Origin: Candidatus Poribacteria bacterium
GTDB lineage: Bacteria > Poribacteria > WGA-4E > WGA-3G
NCBI GenBank assembly: GCA_963665235.2
Contig: CAXXLX010000001.1
Coordinates: 1,534,902-1,598,901, forward strand
Length of the DNA: 64,000 nt
Reading direction: 5' to 3'
Positions 8,531 to 16,357 of the stretch are shown piece by piece; positions within the stretch are counted from its first letter, which is position 1, and each line of letters begins with the position of its first letter. A program made the position numbers and the translations under genes. The notes under the pieces were generated by a model that did not search any database, was not told the DNA's origin, and saw only the letters and a program-made list of their open reading frames with translations.

Positions 8531-11185
8531 TATATGTGGAGCAGTCGGATATCTACCGCGACGGTTACCGTAAAGCGAAAGTCCACCCCTGTTTTCAGCG
8601 TTGCCTTTGACCTCATAACGCACGGTGAGCGTTTCAGCGTTGCCGTTTAAGCACTTCTCCTTATCTAATTGGACACAACACAGATAGCCGTAGTTGCCAA
8701 GGTTTTGATGGATATAGGTTAGCACACCGCGTGCATCCGCCGGGCAATCGGGAAGTGTCAAGGTTTCAACCGCAACCCCGTTAACCGAAATTGTAACATC
8801 GGATGGGTGTTTCTCCGGCTCCGTTTGCCGTGAACCGCCATTTGATGAGGAGGCTTCAAAAACGAGTTCCATCTTTGAAATCTCATCAGGATTGAGTTCA
8901 GTCAGCACGGGTATCTGATATTCAACGTATCCAGCACCTTGTGCAGTTAAAAGTTGCTCCGTTATTTCGGAGCCTGCATCCCATTTGCTGGTTGTTATTT
9001 CGCCCGGAAGATGAGAAAGCGATTGTTGCGAATCTTCGGAGAATATCTCGAAATTGATGTAATTTCGTGCCACAACCGCACCCGTTTCATCGGCTACCCA
9101 TACATGTAACGTGCCAACCGCCGAGTCAATTTCAGGGATAGCAAGTTCAAGTTGATGAACGTGCGCTACCTGATACTGTGGAAAAGGAATATCAACGTTG
9201 CCATTGACGCGGCCCCGTGTCAATTCACCGTTCGGCTGTAGTGTATCCAGTTGCCAGTGGAGCGTTGTGCCTTCAATCGTTTTGTGTGAGAAGTGACTGG
9301 CGTAGATATCCGCCTCTACGTTTTCACCGGGGGCAACCGTAGTGCCGGGGGGATAATCAATTGCGATGAAATCGAGGGTGTTGATGTCGTTGTAATCGTA
9401 TCCGAATTCCTTGACTGAGCGGTCATAGTTCATGAAGCCGTTGTGTTCCCACTCAATATCTTGCAGCTCGGTATACACATATCCACAGATTTTTGGATGG
9501 AGGCGCAACTCGTTTGTCAAATACTTAAAGCACCACGCCACGTCTTTATCACCTGCGCCAGCACTAATCCCGCCGTATTCGCTGTTTATGAGGGGGACAT
9601 CCGTTTGCACGTTATCACCCGCATAGTTAAACTTTGAGCCGGGGTATGTCTGTTCAACGACATTAGCGATATGGCCTTTGGCATGTTCGTAATTGTTGAT
9701 GTAGAAATGCCACGAGTTAATATCGGTTTCCACGTGGTCGTAGAGGCATGGCGAGTTGTCCTCGATGAGGCGAGTCGGGTCAAGCGATTTTGCGAGGTGA
9801 TACATCTCCCGCACCCATTCTTGACGGTCTGTTTGCTGTTTGTAATCTCCCCCGCCGAGTCCCCACGTTTCGTTGAAATTGCACCATGAGATGATAGAGG
9901 GATGATTGTAATCGCGTGCGATGTTTCCGCGGAGTGTCGCTTCAAACCTGTCTTTCGCTGTATCGGTGTAATGTCCGAAGTTAGGAATATCACACATAAA
10001 GAGCAGTCCTAATTTATCTGCCCAGTAGTAGAGACGCGGTTCATCCACTTTTATGTGCAGGCGCAGGAAGTTGAAACCGAATTCCTTGGCGCGTTCCACA
10101 TCCGTTCGGATTGCCTCATCGGTGAGGAAGGTATACACCCCCTCCGGGTTAAATGACTGATTAAGCGCACCTAACAGATATATCGGGCGGTTGTTAAGAT
10201 AAATGTAGTTGTAATCGCCTCCCGGTGCCTTATCAATTGAGACCTTCCGCATTCCGAAGTAGGTGTAAATCCTATCAATTGTTCCGGCTTCACCGGATAC
10301 CAATTTGAGCGTGACATCGTAGAGATTTGGCGTATCTACGTCCCAAAGTCGAAGTTTTTCTGGCGGAATATTGACCGTGAACGTTGTCTTTTCTGCGGCG
10401 GCAGTGCTTCCATTTATGCCATCACATTCCCACTGCAATTCGGTGCCTGATGCTATTTCACCCGCAATTGCCACATCAACGGTGGCCGTGCTATTATCAA
10501 TGTCCGGTGTTATGTGGCACTGTTCGATATAGGTTGCGTTTCGGGGTTCCAAAATGACAGTCTGCCAGATACCGCTAGTCCGTGTGTACCAACCGATTTG
10601 TTTTCCAGCAAGTTGTTCGCCGTGGTCCTGTGCATCGTACGCCCGTACAACGATACGCGCGGGTTCGCCGGGCGTGAGGGCATCCGTAATGTCAAATTCG
10701 AACGGGAGATATCCGTTTCCGTTTTCACCGATGCGGGTGCCATTCACCCAGACCTTTGTTTCCCAGTCAACAGCCCCGAAATTCAAAATAACGCGTTTGT
10801 CGCCCCAGTTTTCGGGAATAGAGACAGTTTTGCGATACCAACCGATGGTATGTCGGGGTTCGCCGCGGTAATTTCCCCCTCTGTCAAGTCCGCCACATGT
10901 GACGTTTTCCGGTGTGAGGTAGGCATTTGTGCTTAAATAGGTTGCGTTATCCGCGCGGTCCGCTTCTCCCCACGCTGCAAGGCTTTCCCAAGGATAGGGT
11001 ACCTGTATCTGCAAAGGAAAGTCATCAGCATTGTCAGAAAACCATTCCGCTTTTTCGCCGACATCGTCCGGGTCAAACGCAAATTCCCATGTGCCGTTGA
11101 GGTTTATCCAGTCGAGTCCTTCGGAAGTGCCGCGTTGAAAATCGGGTCGTGGATATTCTGGGCGTGGTGTTTCTACGTGTGTCAC
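8516..11185 (-). CDS. glycoside hydrolase family 2 (beta-galactosidase/glucuronidase-like)
   Basis: 889 aa with a GTG start. Has the GH2 sugar-binding pattern (VILNFGAVDWETKVWVNG...YLPFEFDITDAL) and TIM-barrel motifs FNFLRLH, WCNFNETWG, NSEYGG. Confidence 0.85.
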   Translation of the reverse strand: MTHVETPRPEYPRPDFQRGTSEGLDWINLNGTWEFAFDPDDVGEKAEWFSDNADDFPLQIQVPYPWESLAAWGEADRADNATYLSTNAYLTPENVTCGGLDRGGNYRGEPRHTIGWYRKTVSIPENWGDKRVILNFGAVDWETKVWVNGTRIGENGNGYLPFEFDITDALTPGEPARIVVRAYDAQDHGEQLAGKQIGWYTRTSGIWQTVILEPRNATYIEQCHITPDIDNSTATVDVAIAGEIASGTELQWECDGINGSTAAAEKTTFTVNIPPEKLRLWDVDTPNLYDVTLKLVSGEAGTIDRIYTYFGMRKVSIDKAPGGDYNYIYLNNRPIYLLGALNQSFNPEGVYTFLTDEAIRTDVERAKEFGFNFLRLHIKVDEPRLYYWADKLGLLFMCDIPNFGHYTDTAKDRFEATLRGNIARDYNHPSIISWCNFNETWGLGGGDYKQQTDRQEWVREMYHLAKSLDPTRLIEDNSPCLYDHVETDINSWHFYINNYEHAKGHIANVVEQTYPGSKFNYAGDNVQTDVPLINSEYGGISAGAGDKDVAWCFKYLTNELRLHPKICGYVYTELQDIEWEHNGFMNYDRSVKEFGYDYNDINTLDFIAIDYPPGTTVAPGENVEADIYASHFSHKTIEGTTLHWQLDTLQPNGELTRGRVNGNVDIPFPQYQVAHVHQLELAIPEIDSAVGTLHVWVADETGAVVARNYINFEIFSEDSQQSLSHLPGEITTSKWDAGSEITEQLLTAQGAGYVEYQIPVLTELNPDEISKMELVFEASSSNGGSRQTEPEKHPSDVTISVNGVAVETLTLPDCPADARGVLTYIHQNLGNYGYLCCVQLDKEKCLNGNAETLTVRYEVKGNAENRGGLSLYGNRRGRYPTAPHIRILT

Positions 11186-11380
11186 TTATCAGTCCATCCT
11201 TACTGTTTTCGCGCAAATAGCTGTCAGTCAATAACCGTTGTCGGGTTTCGCAAGCTCGACCCGACCTATAAATAACCAGTCATTCGCACGTGCTGAATTT
11301 GTTTTCTTTTATAATACACAATCCGCATATTTTATGCAACGATTAAAATACGAGTGTGTAAAGTTTTTGTACTATGATAG

Positions 11381-11481
11381 TGGGAAGGGTGGAAGGGTGG
11401 AAGATTGGAAGGATGGAAGAGGGTGGAAGGGTGGAAGGTGGAAGGGTGGAAGAGTGGAAAGATGGAAGGGTGGAAGAGTGG
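11381..11481 (+). repeat. GGAAGGGTGGAAG-type microsatellite-like word (W5)
   Basis: Degenerate GGAAG(G/A)(G/T)TGGAAG iterations. Related tracts at 16313-16355 (inverted), 30334-30370 and 31565-31600. Confidence 0.8.
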
Positions 11482-11910
11482 ATTTCGCTTGTGTTGTCTG
11501 AATCGCGGATGACACGGAGAACACGGATTTCGCGGAGTGTCCGATGCGTAACAATCCAAGTTTTGTGATTATAGTTTTAGCGTTTTTTTGTCTGAATGCA
11601 CGTCGCATTTGGGCGAGTACGCCACAAATCGCGGATTATCGCGGAGAACGCGGAAGACGCGGAGTTTAAGAAATGTCCGCCTATCTAGAAAGGTATCGCG
11701 TGCCCAGCACGCTCCTACATAACACGTTAAGTACAACGTGAGTTTGAAAAAAAGTTTCTTTAGTCCCAGTATTCGGGCAAACGGTTTCCCGCTCCTCAAG
11801 GACGATATCTTTATAGATAACCGTTTTCCCAACGCTTCTTAGTCCCATATTCGGGCAAACGGTTTCCCGCTCCTAGCACAAACGGACATTTATTATCAAG
11901 CTCGCGTTAA

Positions 11911-11960
11911 GTACAAAAATTTTACGCACCCAATCAGACGGGTGTGTAAAGTTTTTGTAC
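11911..11960. repeat. two W1 words in outward-facing inverted orientation separated by AATCAGAC
   Basis: GTACAAAAATTTTACGCACCC, AATCAGAC, GGGTGTGTAAAGTTTTTGTAC. Confidence 0.85.
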
Positions 11961-12005
11961 GGCTGCGATATTTTTTATGAAGAAAAATCAAACAGTTCGC
12001 AACTA

Positions 12006-12375
12006 ATACCATTTCTAATTGAAAATGTCTCTTGATTGTAGCATAAACTTCCAGTTTGTGCGCTTTATCGTAGCATAAACTTCCAGTTTGTGCTTTATTG
12101 TAGCATAAACTTCCAGTTTGTGCGCTTTATTGTAGCATAAACTTCCAGTTTGTGCGCTTTATCGTAGCATAAACTTTTAGTTTGTGCGCTTTATTGTAGC
12201 ATAAACTTTTAGTTTGTGCGCTTTATCGTAGCATAAACTTCCAGTTTGTGCGCTTTATCGTAGCATAAACTTCCAGTTTGTGCTTTATTGTAGCATAAAC
12301 TTCCAGTTTGGGTCCTCCGTTCTCCGTTTCATTTCTAACAACCGGTAATGATAGAATAATTAATAAAAATGGTAT
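12006..12375 (+). mobile_element. MITE-like element E1 with internal 32-bp VNTR (9 units)
   Basis: Ends are ATACCATTT...AAATGGTAT. A conserved 5' head (TTCTAATTGAAAATGTCTC) and a conserved ~75-bp tail flank the GTAGCATAAACTTCCAGTTTGTGC... units, which have periods of 32 or 30 bp. Confidence 0.6.
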
Positions 12376-12494
12376 AACATAACAGAGAACCAAAACATTT
12401 TTCGGAGGAAAGCGGCACGGTTTGCAACTCACCTGATTAGCCACCGATAGCGAAAGTGTGACATTTCATTTTTTTGAAATCGTCCAAGGTGGGT

Positions 12495-12995
12495 CAAAAC
12501 CGCTTACGAACATAGACGGGGCAGGCGTTCAGGAACATCCACCACCGAGAACCGAATGTCACACTTTGTGTCAAAAGTGTAACATTTACACCAGAACAGC
12601 ACACAAAAGTAGGCAGGAGTGATAACCGAAAACCGGCAGCCAAAATGGCACAACGCGTTTTTTTGTGTTGCGAAAAATATAGGGGTAAATCGCCTATAAA
12701 CATAGACGTGGCGTGGGTTTGTGCGAATACAGCACCGAGAACCAAATGTTACACTTTGTGTCAAAAGTGTAACATTTCCACCGGACCGCCTCAAAAAGTA
12801 GGAGGCAGCACGGTAAGAAAAGTCCGCAGAACTGATACCTGAAATCGGCGGTTGAAATGACACATTTTGTTTTTTTTGTGTTGCGAAAGCGAGAGTGCAA
12901 AACGGCTTACAAACATAGATAGGGCATGCGTTTGTGCACATGCAACACCGAAAACCAAATGTTACACTTTGTGTCAAAAGTGTAACTTATGCACC
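12495..12995 (+). repeat. degenerate tandem repeat, ~190-215 bp x 3, each with a 10-bp-stem hairpin
   Basis: Units start near 12495, 12683 and 12897. Each carries GTTACACTTTgtgtcaAAAGTGTAAC (one copy has GTCACACTTT). Confidence 0.7.
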
Positions 12996-13001
12996 GGTTT
13001 T

Positions 13002-13023
13002 GTACAAAAACTTTACACACCCC
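13002..13023 (-). repeat. word W1 (inverted copy) followed by AATCAGAC
   Basis: GTACAAAAACTTTACACACCC(C), then AATCAGAC at 13024-13031. Confidence 0.85.
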
Positions 13024-13096
13024 AATCAGACAAGACGATTGACATTTAAGCCAACACAGGGTAAAATAAACGTAACGTTATAAGGAGAACTCCTTC

Positions 13097-14633
13097 ATGA
13101 AAAACACTTTGTACTCCATTTTGACAGCACTGTTTGTAGCGGCAACATTTACGCCTATCAGCCTCGCCCAATATTCCCCGGGATGGGATTCCCCTGATGG
13201 CGCGAACGCGCGCATCAGAGGAGGTAAGCTCCGCATCTATGATGTAAAGTATTCACCGGATAGCACACGGGTCGCGGTGTCCGGTAGCTTCGGTGTCCGG
13301 CTCTACGATGTTCAGACAGGTGAAGAACAGGTTCAATTCATAGGGCACCGAGGTAAGAAGGTCTGGAGCGTGGCGTTTAGTCCAGATGGAAAAAGGCTTG
13401 TGAGCGGTGGACAGGATAATACCATTCGGTTGTGGGATGTGAACATAGGAAAACACATCCGAACAATCACAGAACGGGCCTGGAGCGTAGCATTTAGTCC
13501 AGATGGCACGACGATAGCAAGTGGGGATTGGATTCAGACCATTAGTCTATGGGATGTGAACACAGGGAAACGTCTATTTACACTCCCTGAAAATATAATA
13601 CCATTTTTATTAATTATTCTATCATTACCGGTTGTTAGCAATGAAACGGAGAACGGAAGACCCAAACTGGAAGTTTATGCTACGATAAAGGGCACAAACT
13701 GGAAGTTTATGCTACGATAAAGGGCACAAACTGGAAGTTTATGCTACGATAAAGGGCACAAAGAGGCACAATCTGGAAGTTTATGCTAACGAGTTGTGCT
13801 AAATGACTTTTTGTACAACATTATTTCACACAAGAACGTTTTGTCCGTGCTTCTCATTGGTTTGGACGCTCTTCAGTCCCAGTATTCGGGCAAGCAGCCC
13901 GCTCTTTAAGGACGATATCTTTATAGCTAAGCGTTCCACCTTTCTCTTTAGTCCCATAGGGACGATATGTTTGTATGACAACATCCAATATCTGTGAGAA
14001 AAACAAAAACAACCAGTTAACTGGCACAAGTCATTATGCTACAATAAAGAGGCACAATCTGGAAGATTATGCTACAATAAAGAGACATTTTCAATTAGAA
14101 ATGGTATAACTAAGCTCTGGAGCCTAGCGTTTAGCCCGGATGGAAGGATGCTTGCAAGTTGTGGCTTCGAGTACAATACCGGCAGTGGGGACAATACCAT
14201 TCAGTTGTGGGATGTGAAAACGGGAAAACACATCCGAACAATCAGAGAAGAGGCAGTTGGGAATGGCATCACAGACGTGGCGTTTAGTCCGGATGGAAAG
14301 ACTATAGCTAGTGCCAGCTCGTCTATCCTTCGGTTGTGGGATGTGAAAACAGGAAAACACATCCGGACATTTACAGAGGAGGCGGCTGGTGTCTGGAGCG
14401 TGGCGTTTAGTCCGGATGGAAAGACTATAGCTAGTGCCCATATCGGTGCTATCGGTCTGTGGGATGTGGAAACAGGAAAATTCCTACGAACAATCAGCGG
14501 ACAGGGTCATGTCGGAAGAGTGGTGGCGTTTAGTCCGGATGGAAAGACTATCGCAAGTGGGGGTTGGCGTGGGGCATATCTGTGGGATGCAAACACAGGA
14601 CAACGCCTCCGAACACTCATAAAGGATTATTGA
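13097..14633 (+). pseudogene. secreted WD40-repeat protein, interrupted by a ~510-bp MITE-like insertion
   Basis: The 5' part (13097-13597) has a signal peptide plus WD40 blades and runs into the element. The 3' part (from about 14109) resumes with KLWSLAFSPDG and more blades to the stop at 14633. Removing 508 or 511 bp restores one frame. Confidence 0.75.
13598..14107 (-). mobile_element. MITE-like element E3 (same family as E1/E2, inverted) carrying a nested ~240-bp repeat insertion
   Basis: Same termini, head and tail as E1 and E2. Its 32-bp units are GTAGCATAAACTTCCAGTTTGTGCCCTTTATC. A foreign block at about 13790-14030 is made of other dispersed words. Confidence 0.7.
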
Positions 14634-14659
14634 CACAGCATATTGCAAGGAGAAATATC

Positions 14660-16216
14660 ATGAAATATGTCAACGCTTGTCTGTTTACGACTTTTATTCT
14701 TATCACAGTCCTGCAAATCGGCTGTTTATCCACAGGGGTGATGGATAAGGCAGAGAAATTGGTCGAAGTAAAGGATTATCGGGGTGCAATAGAGCTTTAT
14801 CAAAGCATCGTTGATAGTAAATCCGGCACGGCTGCCGCACGCACAGCACAACTCGCTATCGGTGAACTCTACATTGCACATATCAATCAACCCGAACGCG
14901 GGATTGAAATCTACAAAGCGGTCATTGCTGAAGCCCCCAATAGCGATGAGGCGGCAGCAGCACACTATCGTCTCGGGATGCACGCCTATCGTCAAAAAGA
15001 TTTTGACGCAGCGCAGACCCACTTTGAGACTGTCGTTAACCAATTTCCGCCTCTACAATTGCGTCAGAATGCACACCTGATGTTGGCAAAAAGTTATGAG
15101 GAAAGGCAGAAATATCAACAAGCTGTGGAAACTTTTGAGGATTTTGTGAACCGCTATCCACGGAGCAAACGCGCTCCCCAGGCCCGCGCCAATAAAGCAC
15201 GAATACAACGCAAATTCCTTAAAAAAGACTTAGAAGCATCGGTTGAACCCAATGCTTCTGAGGGCTCTATAACCCCCATCAGGAAAGGTCAGATTAAGGT
15301 TAATAACATACAGTATTCACCCGATGGCACACACCTTGTGGTGGCGGGCAACTTCGGGATTTTGCGCTATGATGTTCAGACAGACGACGCACCTGTCAAA
15401 TTCACAGGGCACTCAGGGAGAGCCTGGCGCATCGCGTTTAGTCCAGACAAAGTGCTGTTCGCAAGTGTCAGTTCGTCCGGGGAAATTTATCTGTTGGATG
15501 TGAACACGGGAGAACGTCTCCGAACAATTAAAGAGCCAGAATTAGGCATCTCGGGTATAGCATTTAGCCCGGATGGCAGGACGCTAGTAAGTGGAAACGC
15601 TGACCATACTGTCTGTGTATTCGATGTGGACACAGGGAAACGGCTCCGAACCCTCATAGGGCATACAGCTCCCATCTTTAGCGTGGCGTTTAGTCCGGAT
15701 GGCAGGACAATCGCTACGGGTAGTTCTCGTGAGGATAGCACAGTGCGTTTGTGGGACGCACGGACAGGAGAACACCTCCGAACTCTCACGGGGCATGCGT
15801 ATCATGTCTTTAGTGTAGCGTTTAGCCCGGACAGGACGCTGCTTGCAAGTGGTGGTGGTCTTGACGGAACGGTCCGCTTGTGGGATGTAAACACGGGAAA
15901 ACAGGTCCGAACACTTCCAGAGGACCATCCGGGAGATACTATAGGTACGTGGAATCGTATGAGTCCGCACCAATGCGTAGCTTTTAGTCCGGATGGCAGG
16001 ACGCTCGCAAGTTTCGGTGGTTTGGGCATTCGTTTATGGGATGTGAAAACAGGCAAACTTCTCCGCAAACTCAGGGAGCGCAATGGCAGTCATGGTATTA
16101 GTGTGGTGGCGTTTAGTCCGGATGGCAAGACGCTAGCAGTTTGCGCTAGCGACGAAGTCGATCTGTGGGATGTGAAAACGGGAAAACAAATTCGAAGACT
16201 CATAATTCCATTTTGA
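14660..16216 (+). CDS. TPR + WD40-repeat lipoprotein
   Basis: ATG at 14660 follows AGGAG. Lipobox-like LQIGC. The N-terminal half has TPR-like helices. The C-terminal half has about 7 WD blades (AFSPDG...LWDV.TG). Confidence 0.8.
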   Translation: MKYVNACLFTTFILITVLQIGCLSTGVMDKAEKLVEVKDYRGAIELYQSIVDSKSGTAAARTAQLAIGELYIAHINQPERGIEIYKAVIAEAPNSDEAAAAHYRLGMHAYRQKDFDAAQTHFETVVNQFPPLQLRQNAHLMLAKSYEERQKYQQAVETFEDFVNRYPRSKRAPQARANKARIQRKFLKKDLEASVEPNASEGSITPIRKGQIKVNNIQYSPDGTHLVVAGNFGILRYDVQTDDAPVKFTGHSGRAWRIAFSPDKVLFASVSSSGEIYLLDVNTGERLRTIKEPELGISGIAFSPDGRTLVSGNADHTVCVFDVDTGKRLRTLIGHTAPIFSVAFSPDGRTIATGSSREDSTVRLWDARTGEHLRTLTGHAYHVFSVAFSPDRTLLASGGGLDGTVRLWDVNTGKQVRTLPEDHPGDTIGTWNRMSPHQCVAFSPDGRTLASFGGLGIRLWDVKTGKLLRKLRERNGSHGISVVAFSPDGKTLAVCASDEVDLWDVKTGKQIRRLIIPF

Positions 16217-16357
16217 TACGACCGCGCACCGTTGTAGGAGCGTGCTGTGCACGCGACCCCTTTCTTCTGTAGGAGCGAGTTGCGCTCACGCTCTTTTGAC
16301 TTTGTTCCTCCCGATATCCCCTCTTCCATTCTTCCATTCTTCCATTCTTCCACCCTG

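Noticed and set aside
12038-12320. The regularly spaced 30-32-bp repeats here look superficially like CRISPR arrays. The same applies to 31067-31354 and to the 40-bp array at 31601-32000.
   Set aside because: The units are head-to-tail with no unique spacers between them. No cas genes or leader are present. The arrays are embedded in elements with inverted termini.
14564-14659. Upstream extension of the TPR-WD40 ORF, overlapping the end of the WD40 pseudogene.
   Set aside because: The ATG at 14660 has an AGGAG and starts a typical lipoprotein signal peptide. The extension is the other frame of the preceding gene's last blade.
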